The position numbers were made by a program, and so were the translations under genes. Below are positions 1-12,893 of a stretch of 64,000 bases of DNA, one piece after another; the stretch's first letter is position 1, and every line of letters begins with the position of its first letter. A model generated the notes under the pieces. That model saw only the letters and a program-made list of their open reading frames with translations. It did not search any database and had not been told where the DNA came from. Source of the DNA: an uncultured Verrucomicrobiae bacterium (GTDB lineage Bacteria; Verrucomicrobiota; Verrucomicrobiia; Palsa-1439); contig CAWEWF010000008.1 in assembly GCA_963812605.1 (NCBI GenBank), positions 1-64,000 on the forward strand, read 5' to 3'.

Positions 1-566
1 TCGGCTAGCGGCGCAGCCCCGACTTCGTCATCGCGTTACACGAGCGCAAGCCCTCTCTGGCGATCTCGCGCGTAGGAGAGGACGTCCCGGAAACTACTCA
101 GACGGCACTCTACTCGATCGGCGGCGACAGCGAACCTCTCGCAAAAGCCGAAGCCTGAACGAAAGGCCTGATAAACCCGCGCGCGTTGCCTCCTCGGCTG
201 CGCGTCGCCGGACGATCGTCAAAATCCGCCAAGGAGGCGGCCCGTTTCGTGCTACTCGGCCGCCGAATGGAAGGTGCTGCGCGGGGCATCTTGAACGCGG
301 CAGGCGGTAATTCCAGCTTCACTGACACCGCGGTCGCGCCGATGGCGCGCAAACCATCCCGCGACCTCGATACGGCGTCACCACGCAACCGCGCGGCGAT
401 GAAGTCGGGATTATCTCTAAAGACCCTCTTCGGAGGCGCGGCCGCCTGAGTAGATTCCGATCCTATCCGACACTTTCGGTGCCGCCATAGATTCGCGGTC
501 TTCGCGTTCCCGCCCGGCCCGCAATGGGCTGGCCACATGGCGCCGCAAAAATAAAGGACAAATCCC

Positions 567-749
567 ATGGACAAAGATCGCATCAAAGGAACGGTCGAAC
601 AGGCCAAGGGCGCTGTGAAAGAAGCTGTGGGCAAGGCCGCCGGTGACGCCAAGCTTGAGGTCGAGGGTCGGAACGAAAAAGCCGCCGGCAAAGTTCAGAA
701 CGCGGTCGGCGGGGTCAAGGACGCTTTGCGGGACGCCCTAAAGAAATAA
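567..749 (+). CDS. csbD: CsbD family general stress protein
   Basis: 60 aa MDKDRIKG..QAKGAVKEAVGKAAGDAKLEVEG..KAAGKVQNAVGGVKD is the canonical CsbD pattern; AAAGGA RBS upstream. Confidence 0.92.
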   Translation: MDKDRIKGTVEQAKGAVKEAVGKAAGDAKLEVEGRNEKAAGKVQNAVGGVKDALRDALKK

Positions 750-837
750 TCGGCCCAGCCCGCGCTCCAATAAGCAACCAAGTCCATCTAGAGGTTGGCG
801 ATGTCAAGTTGCCAAACGCGACAAAGGAGACACCATA

Positions 838-924
838 ATGGATATGACAACTCTTCTCATCATCGTCGTCGTCGTTCTTTTGCTCGGCGGCGGCGGCTTC
901 TATGGACGAGGACGCTGGTACTAG
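838..924 (+). CDS. 28-aa single-TM small protein (DUF3309-like), MDMTTLLIIVVVVLLLGGGGFYGRGRWY
   Basis: Translated by hand (too short for the ORF track); strong AAGGAGA RBS just upstream; hydrophobic stretch followed by Gly/Arg/aromatic tail. Confidence 0.8.
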   Translation: MDMTTLLIIVVVVLLLGGGGFYGRGRWY

Positions 925-1162
925 CGCCGGCTCCTTTCTGGAAGCGGTTCCTCGCGGAAAAGCCGCCATACGGTCCCGCGAAAGCTATGATCGGGGTGCC
1001 GGGGGATTTGGGCGGACGCAACGGCGATGCGGCGTTCACTTCCGATGGCGCTCCGTGGCCAAACCAACGGCTCAGATTAGACACTCAAACCTCAGGCGAG
1101 CGCGCCGGACGACTGGCCCAGTGTTGGTCCCGCGATGACCGTTCAATTTGGAAATTGCAACC

Positions 1163-1206
1163 GACGATTGAAGTTTGGGAGCGCCCCGGTTTGCGGGCGC
1201 TTTCGT
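1163..1206 (+). repeat. ~44-bp terminator-like sequence, copy 1 (copy 2 at 4151-4195)
   Basis: gacgattgaagtttgggagcgccccggttt(g/t)cggg(g)cgctttcgt present twice, nearly identical. Confidence 0.85.
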
Positions 1207-1302
1207 TTTGTTCGTGTGCGTTGTGGAAAGTCTGACCCATAGCGGGCATCGGCAGGTGTCGAATCGGCACGAATCATGCTTGGCTCCCGTCCGGGAGTCA
1301 TC

Positions 1303-2246
1303 ATGCCGTTCCTCACCATCCGGCACGTCACGACCTATCGCTACCGGCGGCCCGTCGCCTTCGGCGAACACCGGATGATGCTCCATCCACGCGACTCCCA
1401 CGATCAAAGAGTGATCCAAGCGGGCCTAAAGATCAGCCCGGAGCCGGCGAGCCTGCGCTTCGTTCAGGACGCATTCGGCAATTATGTGGGGATCGCGCGG
1501 TTTTCGCGTCGGTCAAAGGAGCTGAGCTTCGAGAGTATCGTGTGCCTCGAGCATTCGCCCTGTGACAGCGCCCTCGATCTCGAAGACGCCGGACGGGCCT
1601 TCCCTGTCGACTATAGCGTCGGTGAGTTGCGGCGACCTCGGCCAGTATATCGAACGCCATCAGCTCGATCCGATTGACGAGGTTGGCTGCTGGGCTCGGC
1701 AATTCCTGCCCCCAAGGGGGTCGATCGGCGCTTTCGAGCTTCTCACACGGTTGTCGGAGGGCATCCATCACGGCTTCCGTCTACAGGCGGCGGGAAGCGA
1801 AGGGAATCCAGCTGCCGGTGGAGACGCTCCGGCTCGGCCATGGGAGTTGCCGCGACTTCGCCATGCTGATGATCGACGCGGCGCGCTCGTTTGGTCTCGC
1901 CGCGCGGTTTGCGTCGGGGTATCTCGCAGTCCCGCTGGATGATCCGCAGGAGCCGACGAGCGGCTCAGCTCGCGGGTCGACTCATGCCTGGGCGCAAATC
2001 TATCTGCCAGGCGCCGGCTGGATTGATTTCGATCCTACCAGCGGCAGCGTCGGCAACACCGGCCTTGTCACCGTTGCGGTCGTGCCCGATCCTCGCCACG
2101 CGATCCCGCTTCACGGCACCTTTTTCGGATTTCCGTCGGACCATCTCGGCATGGAGGTGCAAGTGAGCGTCATGTCGGGTACTCCGAATGTGATCTGGGC
2201 CGCCCCCCAACTGTCCACACGTCGACGAGTTGCCGAACCGGCGTGA
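1303..2246 (+). CDS. Transglutaminase family protein (N-terminal Bact_transglu_N plus core), two frameshifts
   Basis: IRHVTTYRY..FGEHRMMLHPRDSHD start, GSCRDFA catalytic Cys, GSTHAW and GWIDFDPT; split over three frames (shifts near 1630 and 1780). Confidence 0.85.
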
Positions 2247-2463
2247 TCGACGTCGAGAGGGACAATGAACGTGCATCGAAGGCACGGCATTGCTTAGATT
2301 GCGCTTGTGAGCCGGGCGATTTTCACGCACTCGTGTGCGCGGGTCGCGCTGCCAGTCCCAAGGGCGGCGCCTTTGCCGTGGCGCCGACGTCGAAACATTG
2401 AATTCCTTCGACAAGATGGCTGGGACATTAGGTCATAGAGACGGTGCAATCGGGGGATGTCGA

Positions 2464-3270
2464 ATGAAGATTCGTGTCGGCTACGAGCTGATTTACGATT
2501 TTCCGCAACCCACGCCAATGATCATGGTTCTAGGAACCCATTTCACCCGGGCGTCCGACGTCATCACGCCCGACTATTTGACCACCAGCCCTTCCGTGCC
2601 GATCTCCCCCTATCGCGACCTCTTCGGCAATTGGTGCAGCCGCATCGTCGCTCCTGCCGGCCGAATGCGCCTGTCGGCCAATGGCGTCGTTCGCGATAGC
2701 GGTCTGCCCGACGTGGTTGCCCCTTCGGCTTTCCAACACGCTGTGGAGGATTTGCCGCCAGAGACGTTGGTCTTTCTGTTAGGCAGTCGCTACTGCGAGA
2801 CCGACCGCCTGTCCGAGGCGGCCTGGAGCCTCTTTCAAAAATCGGCGCCCGGATGGGTGCGCGTCCAGACGATCTGCGATTTCGTGCATCGCCACATTGC
2901 GTTCGGCTATGAGCATGCGCGCCCGACGATGACATCCTGGGAAGTCTTCAATGAAGGCAAGGGCGTGTGTCGCGACTACGCGCACCTCGCCATCACATTC
3001 TGCCGCTGCATGAACATTCCGGCGCGATATTGCACCGGCTATCTTGGGGACATCGGCATGCCGCCGCCCTATGGCCCGATGGATTTCGCAGGCTGGTTTG
3101 AGGCTTATCTTGGCGGCCGGTGGTACACGTTCGACCCGCGCAATAACATGCCGCGAATAGGCCGCGTGCTAATCGCACAAGGTCGCGATGCGGCTGACGT
3201 GCCCATCACCCATACCTTCGGTCCCAATACGCTGGTAAGTTTCAAGGTATGGACGGACGAGGTCCGTTAG
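2464..3270 (+). CDS. Transglutaminase-like family protein
   Basis: MKIRVGYEL start, GSRYCETD, GVCRDYAHL, ARYCTGYLGDIG, WFEAYLGGRWYTFDPR, GRDAADV. Confidence 0.9.
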   Translation: MKIRVGYELIYDFPQPTPMIMVLGTHFTRASDVITPDYLTTSPSVPISPYRDLFGNWCSRIVAPAGRMRLSANGVVRDSGLPDVVAPSAFQHAVEDLPPETLVFLLGSRYCETDRLSEAAWSLFQKSAPGWVRVQTICDFVHRHIAFGYEHARPTMTSWEVFNEGKGVCRDYAHLAITFCRCMNIPARYCTGYLGDIGMPPPYGPMDFAGWFEAYLGGRWYTFDPRNNMPRIGRVLIAQGRDAADVPITHTFGPNTLVSFKVWTDEVR

Positions 3271-3644
3271 ACCTGCCAGCGGATGGGTGCCCGGCGACGT
3301 TCCTCAAGTCGGTCTCGGTTCATGCGCATTGTCAGTGCCCCCGTTCGCCCCGCCGATGCGGAATGCGGTGAGAGGAGGGTTGAAACCGCGATAAGCGAAA
3401 TTATTATCGCAAACATGGTTTATACTCTCGTCAGTCCTGAATGCGAGGATCAGCTCAATTGCGGTTACCAACATAACATTAGTGTACAGCAAGTTCAGCT
3501 GCGTATTTGACTTCCGAAAAATCTTACGAGTGCGAAAATAAAATCATACCGTCACCTTACAATACGGCAAGAAATACCCAAATAAGAATTGCGTAGGCCA
3601 TGAGGCTGCGTTACGGAAAATTCGGCCCCAAAGGCGGATCATTC

Positions 3645-3676
3645 GCATGTCGCTCAAACAGAGAGGTCATGCTATG
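3645..3676 (+). promoter_or_regulatory. ROSE-like RNA thermometer hairpin sequestering the ibpA SD
   Basis: GCAUG-UCGCUC-aaaca-GAGAGGU-CAUGC: a UCGCU motif pairs with the SD directly before the sHSP start codon. Confidence 0.6.
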
Positions 3677-4144
3677 CGTACATTTGATTTTGCTCCTTTC
3701 TATCGTTCCACCGTCGGTTTTGATCAGCTGTTCTCAATGCTCGATCAAGTCAGCGGCGCGGAAAGCGCTGCGGCGCCGGGCTATCCTCCTTACAATATCA
3801 AACGTTCGGGCGAGAACGCCTACAACATCTCGGTAGCAGTCGCGGGCTTCGCCGGCCCTGATCTTTCGATCGAGGTAAAAGAGAGCGTAACGATCCGCGG
3901 CAACAAACAGAGCAGCGGTGAGGAGGAGAGCGACCTGATCTACCAGGGCATCGCCGAGCGGAATTTCGAACGTAAGTTCCAGCTCGCCGACCATGTCCAG
4001 ATCAAGGGCGCGAGCCTGGAGAACGGGCTTCTGCAGGTCGACCTCTTGCGGGTGGTCCCAGAGGCGATGAAGCCTCGGGCGATTCCCATAACGACCGCCA
4101 AGAAGGCGGTCCTCGAGGCCAAGCCGGCCAAGATCGCCGCGTGA
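3674..4144 (+). CDS. ibpA: Small heat shock protein Hsp20, alphaproteobacterial IbpA type
   Basis: MRTFDFAPFYRSTVGFD, YPPYNI, AVAGF, YQGIAERNFERKFQLAD, ENGLL, PEAMKPRAIPI. Confidence 0.93.
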   Translation: MRTFDFAPFYRSTVGFDQLFSMLDQVSGAESAAAPGYPPYNIKRSGENAYNISVAVAGFAGPDLSIEVKESVTIRGNKQSSGEEESDLIYQGIAERNFERKFQLADHVQIKGASLENGLLQVDLLRVVPEAMKPRAIPITTAKKAVLEAKPAKIAA

Positions 4145-4150
4145 GAGTCT

Positions 4151-4195
4151 GACGATTGAAGTTTGGGAGCGCCCCGGTTTTCGGGGCGCTTTCGT
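4151..4195 (+). terminator. Intrinsic terminator after ibpA (copy 2 of the 44-bp repeat)
   Basis: agcgcccc / ggggcgct stem followed by ttc, 7 nt after the stop codon. Confidence 0.7.
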
Positions 4196-4427
4196 CAGGC
4201 GTCGCTGGGTGAGATGACCCTGCTTTCTGGCATCCAGGCGCGCCGTCACGATGCAGAGAGCTGTCCTTAACCACTGCTTCCGCCTGTACGGGCTGGACGG
4301 CGACTCGGTCGCAGTGAGCCTTGCACGCGATTTGATGTGCTCGTGAAGACCGTGGAGGCGTTCAAATGGGAGACGCCACTGTTGGCGCCCTCGCCGCGTT
4401 CCGGCGCCGGCGCTTCCCGCTGTCCCG

Positions 4428-4649
4428 ATGGCGGCGCCCGTCGATCCGATCTTTACGGCGATCGAGCGCGATCGTATCGCATATGTCGCCTTCGCCGCAT
4501 CGCTCAACAGGACCGATGGACGGAAGGCAGCACAGGAAAAAGGTCGCGAAGTCACACAAACCGATGAGGACGCTCACGAAGCCGCCAGCGGCGTCGCGGA
4601 GGATGCCGTTAGTGAACCTACGGATGACGGCGTTTGGCGTCAGAGGTAG
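4428..4649 (+). pseudogene. Fragment of a hypothetical protein
   Basis: APVDPIFTAIER..AF resembles hypothetical proteins recalled from Rhizobiales; no convincing start or end. Confidence 0.3.
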
Positions 4650-4816
4650 GCGCGCCGTCCTTCCGCTCCCCGCTCGCGACGATCCGCAGTGCGTCGTCAG
4701 GCAACGGCCGCCGCAGCGCCGGACGTGTACTCTCGAGTGCTGGGTCATCAAGTCATAGCCGCAGGCATCGCGTGAGTAGTTTCCGACGGTTGCCGCGGAG
4801 CGCCACTGCTCCTATA

Positions 4817-5445
4817 TTCGAGGAATGCGCGCCGAACCGGCCGCCGCGGTCGCAGAAATGGCCGCTCGCCTCCGGCACCTGGAAAGTCGAGATCATCGTC
4901 GGCGCCTCCATGGTGACGTCGACGAACCACGCGATCTGCCGCGGTTCCTCGCACTCGTTGCGGATCTGCTCGTTGACGATCATGACGATGTCGCGGGTCG
5001 CGCCGTCCTTGTCCTTGGCGAATTCGGCGATCGGCATCTGCAGCATCGGGAACACGTGTGGGCGCCGTTCCACGCGACATGTACAACTGGCTGATCTCGG
5101 GATAGCGCAGGTTTTCCGGCGTAGGCTCTTTCGGGCCATGGAGCAGCTTGTCGCGATCGAGGATCTGGAGCACGCCGCCCTTGTTGGTGCCGTAGCCGAA
5201 ATACACCCGGTTGCCCTTCGGCCCGGTGGAGATCGGCCCATGGGCTCGGCCGGGATGGTGCCGGTCGCGCCGGGCTCCTGACCGGGCAGCCCGAAGTCGC
5301 GGATGTGGACGGGGTGGGCGGGATCGCTGAGGTCGTAGATCTGGGTCATGCGCTTGACGCGCCAGCCCGGCGCGCCGCCGACGAGATAGGCGATGCCGGT
5401 GTCGCATTCCCACCAGTTCTTGTGGGTGTCGACGCAGGCCGTCGT
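4817..5445 (-). pseudogene. Internal fragment of an LVIVD-repeat-like beta-propeller protein
   Basis: DTHKNWWECDTGIAYL..YDLSDPAHP..HGPISTGPKGNRVYFGYG..FCDRGGRFGAHSSN; frameshifted and cut at both ends. Confidence 0.6.
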
Positions 5446-5716
5446 CTTCGAGGGCGCACGTGGTTGGTGCGCTTTACGCGCGATGGGTATGAAGACGCCG
5501 ATGTGAAGTGGGGAGTGGAAGTCATCGGCAACCACGGCGCGAAACCCGGTGGGCTTCGCGCCCTACAATTACTGGCCAAGAAAAGCCGCCGCGTCGGGGA
5601 CACGGCCTACAACGGTCAGCATTGATTGTGGGGCAGGCCTCCGTATCTGTCAAAATCCATCCCCACAGGCCCCGAAAGCTTTCGGGGTGCCACCAAAAAG
5701 GTTCATGAAACCACTT

Positions 5717-6667
5717 TCAAACCTTGTCCTTGAAGTATTCGATGGCTTGGCGGAGGCCGTCTTCCAATTTCACCTTGGGTTCCCAGCCTAACAACTCTTT
5801 GGCGCGAGAGATATTGGGGCGGCGCTGTTTGGGGTCGTCGACGGGGAGCGGTTCGTGGGTGATTTTACTCTTGCTGCCGGTGAGTTTGATGATGAGCTTC
5901 GCGAAATCGAGGATGGTGAACTCGGTCGGGTTGCCGATGTTGACAGGCTCGTGGAAGTCGCAGCGCGAGAGACGGTAGATGCCGTCGATCAGGTCGCTGC
6001 AATAGCAGAAGCTGCGGGTCTGCTGGCCTTCACCGAAAACGGTGAGTGCTTCCCCGCGCAGTGCCTGACCAACGAAGGCGGGCACGACGCGACCGTCCTT
6101 GAGGCGCATGCGCGGGCCGTAGGTATTGAAGATGCGGACGATGTGGGTATCGACCTTGTGATAGCGATGGTAGGCCATCGTCATGGCCTCGGCGAAGCGC
6201 TTGGCTTCGTCGTAGACGCCGCGCGGTCCGATGGGATTGACGTTGCCCCAGTAGGACTCGGACTGCGGATGTTCCAGCGGATCGCCGTAGCATTCGGACG
6301 TGGAAGCCAGGAGGAAGCGCGCGCCTTTGGCCTTGGCGAGGCCGAGGGCGTTATGCGTGCCGAGCGAACCGACCTTGAGGGTCTGGATGGGAAGTTGCAG
6401 ATAATCGATCGGGCTGGCCGGCGACGCGAAATGGAAAACGTTGTCCACCGCGCCGGGCACATCGATGAATTGCGTCACATCATGGCGAAGGAACTGGAAT
6501 TTCCGGTTGGTGGCAAGATGGGCAATGTTGTCCATGTTGCCCGTGATGAGGTTGTCGATGGCGATGACGAAATGGCCCTCGGCAAGGAGGCGGTCGGAAA
6601 GATGCGAGCCGAGAAAACCAGCGCCACCAGTGACGACGGACACAGGAACGGATGAAGTGGGTGCCAT
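5717..6667 (-). CDS. UDP-glucuronic acid decarboxylase family SDR (UXS-like)
   Basis: [66 protein letters not shown]. Confidence 0.93.
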   Translation of the reverse strand: MAPTSSVPVSVVTGGAGFLGSHLSDRLLAEGHFVIAIDNLITGNMDNIAHLATNRKFQFLRHDVTQFIDVPGAVDNVFHFASPASPIDYLQLPIQTLKVGSLGTHNALGLAKAKGARFLLASTSECYGDPLEHPQSESYWGNVNPIGPRGVYDEAKRFAEAMTMAYHRYHKVDTHIVRIFNTYGPRMRLKDGRVVPAFVGQALRGEALTVFGEGQQTRSFCYCSDLIDGIYRLSRCDFHEPVNIGNPTEFTILDFAKLIIKLTGSKSKITHEPLPVDDPKQRRPNISRAKELLGWEPKVKLEDGLRQAIEYFKDKV

Positions 6668-6858
6668 GGTTCCTGTGTGATTCGCAGAATTTGTGCCACC
6701 GGGCAACAAAAAAGCGCGAAAATCTGTTCTACAACCTCGGTTACTGCTCGTCTCGACCGGGAGGGGTCGCCGGTTCGGCGAAACGAAGTGACTGGCGCGC
6801 GTAATTTCCCGGTAATGCCCCCTCTGTCAAAAATACGCGATGAGAAGGAGAAACAAAA

Positions 6859-7406
6859 ATGCTTAGAGAATTGATTTGCACGTCGGTGTGGATTGGGCTC
6901 TTGTGGTTGCCAATGGCCAATGCCGGTGAATCCGGGGCAAAATGGCTGGACTCTTTCGGTGTGAACGAGAAGAATCTCAGGCCGGCAGGAAGCAACCGGT
7001 ATTTCATTATCGAGCCCGGGTACAAACTTGTGTTTGAGGGAAAAGAAGATGATGCGACAGTGCGGCTGACCATCGCCGTGCTCGACGAGACGAAGAAGGT
7101 CGATGGCGTTGAGACCCGCGTGGTGGAGGAACGGGAAACGAGGAACGGAAAGCTGGCGGAGGTTTCGCGGGTAGGCGATCGGTACTTTCAGGAAGTAGCG
7201 CCGGGGACCGCGATGGATCGAGCGGAAGTTGTCAGCACGAATGAAATGGTCAGTACGCCAGCCGGGATTTTCGTCCACTGTGTGAAGACCGAGGAGACAA
7301 TGCCGTTGGAACCAAAATCCGAAGAATACAAGTACTATGCCCCCAGGTGGGTTTGATCCAGGATGGCCATTTGAAATTGGTCGAGCACGGTCAAACAAGA
7401 GACTAG
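6859..7406 (+). CDS. Secreted hypothetical protein; apparent internal deletion and a 3' frameshift
   Basis: Signal peptide; TKKVDGVETRVVEERE, YFQEVAPGTAMDRAEVVS, TPAG; frameshift near 7345 continues as VGLIQDGHLKLVEHGQTRD*. Confidence 0.65.
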
Positions 7407-7414
7407 CTCGGAAG

Positions 7415-8728
7415 ATGGGTAATTCACCTCTGACCATCCGCATCTGGTCCACTCTGGCGACGGCCGGGGTGACGATCGGTATCTTTTGCGTTCTTGCTCC
7501 CAGTCGCGCTGATGAGCCGGGCGTGCCGGTGGCTCCTGCGGATCTCATCACCGAAGCACAGGAGAAAAATCCCGAGATCCGCGCGCTGTCGGCCGCGATT
7601 GCTTCCGCCCAGGGGGAAGTGACCACGGCCAGGACCTGGGACAACCCCGACCTGGGAGTTGAACCGGGCGTCCGTTACCTCCAGTCGTCGAGCGGTTCAT
7701 CCGTGGGCGAGTTCCACGGCATCTTCGACCTGAAACAAACCTTTGAATTTCCGGGCAAGCGCCGGTTGCGCCAGGCGGTCGCTGAAAAGAACGTCGCCAT
7801 CCAGGAACTGGCGCTGACCGGCTTCCGCAAGCAACTGAGCATCGAAGTGCGCCATGCCTGCGAGACGCTGCGGATCCTGCAGCAGGTCGTCGCGTTGAAG
7901 GAAGGCGAATTGACGCTCGCCCGAACGTTCGCGGAAGTCGCCCGCCGGAAATTCGCCGGCGGGTTCGCGCCGGAGTTTGAGGCGACGAAGGCCGAGGTGG
8001 AAGTGATCGCCGCGCAGAAGGGTTTGAGCGAGGCCCAGACACAGGTGATCGCGGCGCGCGCGGCGCTGAACACGCTGGTGGGTCGGACGCCGCACGCGGG
8101 GCTGGAGATCGCGGATACGTCCGACATCCCGGTGACCTTGCCCGACGAAACGAATCTCCTGCAGCAAGTGCTCTTGCACAATCCCAGTCTTCAGGTGCAG
8201 GCCGCCGAAGTGGAACATTCCGGATTAAACCTGAAGTCGGTGCGCAAATCGCGATTGCCCGACTTTTCCATCGGACCGAGCATTGAGTATTTGAAAGACG
8301 AGCAGACGTACGACGTCGGCGTGACGGTGCCGCTGCCGCTCTGGGACAGCAAAAAGGGGGAAATCGCCAGCGCCTCCGCGGAGCAACAGAAAGCGGTCGC
8401 GGAACTGGAGAAGCTGCAGCGTGAAATCGAGCGTGACGTCACGAGCGCCTATCACGAGCTGCTGTCCGCCCGGCAATCACTGGCGCTTTATACGCCGGAG
8501 TTTTTGGGAAAATTGAAGGCGACGCTGGACTCGGCCGGGGACAGTTACGCAACCGGCCGGACGGGCCTGCTCCTTTATTTGGAAACCCAACGGACCTACT
8601 TCGACACGCAGTTGGACTACTTCGACACGCTGCGAAAACTCCATGACGCCACGGCCGACCTCGAAGCGGCGGCGGGCATGCCATTGGCGGAATTGCCGGG
8701 CGCAGCCACCCCACGGGAGAAACACTGA
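7415..8728 (+). CDS. TolC family outer membrane efflux protein (CzcC/CusC-like)
   Basis: Signal peptide, two OEP halves (KNPEI..A, HNPSL), LKQTFEFPGKR, VPLPLWD; first gene of a C-B-A operon. Confidence 0.9.
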   Translation: MGNSPLTIRIWSTLATAGVTIGIFCVLAPSRADEPGVPVAPADLITEAQEKNPEIRALSAAIASAQGEVTTARTWDNPDLGVEPGVRYLQSSSGSSVGEFHGIFDLKQTFEFPGKRRLRQAVAEKNVAIQELALTGFRKQLSIEVRHACETLRILQQVVALKEGELTLARTFAEVARRKFAGGFAPEFEATKAEVEVIAAQKGLSEAQTQVIAARAALNTLVGRTPHAGLEIADTSDIPVTLPDETNLLQQVLLHNPSLQVQAAEVEHSGLNLKSVRKSRLPDFSIGPSIEYLKDEQTYDVGVTVPLPLWDSKKGEIASASAEQQKAVAELEKLQREIERDVTSAYHELLSARQSLALYTPEFLGKLKATLDSAGDSYATGRTGLLLYLETQRTYFDTQLDYFDTLRKLHDATADLEAAAGMPLAELPGAATPREKH

Positions 8729-9673
8729 ATGAGAATGATTCGGGCAATACTCTTTCTTACCCTTGTCGCCAGCGTGGCGGGCGCGGGCTGCGGGAGGAAG
8801 GGGGCCACGGCGGTCGAGAACCAGCCCACGGATGAACCCGCCCATCAACCGACGGGGGTGGTGCACCTGACGGATGAGAGCCTGAAACTCATCGACCTGG
8901 AGATCATTACCGTCGGGCCGGGCAAGATGAACATGGAATTGCGGGCCCCGGGCCTCGTGAGTTTCAATTTGAACCGGACGGCGAAAGTAACCGCCACGTT
9001 CGAAGGCCAAATCCGGAAGTTGAATTTCGATATCGGCGAGCACGTGCCGCCGGAGGCGGTCGTGGCGCTCGTTGACAGCCCGGAAATGCTCAACAAGCCG
9101 CTGGAGATCAAAGCGCCCATCGAAGGCGACATTGTTGAGCGCGAGGGAACGGTGGGCGAGATCCTGGACAAGGGCAAGGAACTCTACACCATCAGCGACC
9201 TGAAGAAGATCTGGGTCATCGCGGACGTCAACCCGAACGATATTGCCGCCGTGGCCACTGGTCAACCGGCCCTCATTCACGCGTTACCCTACCCGGCGGA
9301 AACGTTTACCGGGGCCATCGCGCTGGTCAGCCCGGAGGTGGACGACAAGTCCCACACGGTGAAAGTGAGGGTCGAGGCGGAAAACCCCGGCGCCAAGCTC
9401 AAGCCCGGGATGTATGCCGACGTGGAAATCGTCACCAACGTCCTCAACAGCGTGCTCTCCGTTCCTGACGAAGCGCTGCAGAAGATGGACGACGACGTGA
9501 TTGTGTTTGTCGCCGGCGATCACGGCACATTCACCAAGCGGGCCGTTACCACCGGCGCCGCGCAGGACGGCGCAACCGAAATTCTCGACGGGCTCAAGGA
9601 GGGCGAACGGGTGGTGACCAAGGGGAGCTTCCTGCTGAAATCCGAATTGCTCAAGAGCGAACTGGGTGAGTAG
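8729..9673 (+). CDS. RND efflux periplasmic adaptor (CzcB/CusB-like), lipoprotein
   Basis: GAGC lipobox-like, IKAPIEG, ISDLKKIWV, ENPGAKLKPGMYA, EILDGLKEGERVVTKGSFLLKSE. Confidence 0.9.
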   Translation: MRMIRAILFLTLVASVAGAGCGRKGATAVENQPTDEPAHQPTGVVHLTDESLKLIDLEIITVGPGKMNMELRAPGLVSFNLNRTAKVTATFEGQIRKLNFDIGEHVPPEAVVALVDSPEMLNKPLEIKAPIEGDIVEREGTVGEILDKGKELYTISDLKKIWVIADVNPNDIAAVATGQPALIHALPYPAETFTGAIALVSPEVDDKSHTVKVRVEAENPGAKLKPGMYADVEIVTNVLNSVLSVPDEALQKMDDDVIVFVAGDHGTFTKRAVTTGAAQDGATEILDGLKEGERVVTKGSFLLKSELLKSELGE

Positions 9674-9681
9674 CGGCTGTC

Positions 9682-12774
<3,093 letters not shown>

Positions 12775-12893
12775 GAAGGAAGACCGGCGCTCGTGTCGAC
12801 GGGGATGGGCCGTTGCTCTGATGGCGTCAAGAATCAAGCGTACCCCCTCCACGAAGCAATGCTGTGAACGGGGAGCATGCACCCGGTTATCCG

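Noticed and set aside
110-560. ORFs upstream of csbD
   Set aside because: No recognisable motifs or RBS; the longest overlaps csbD antisense
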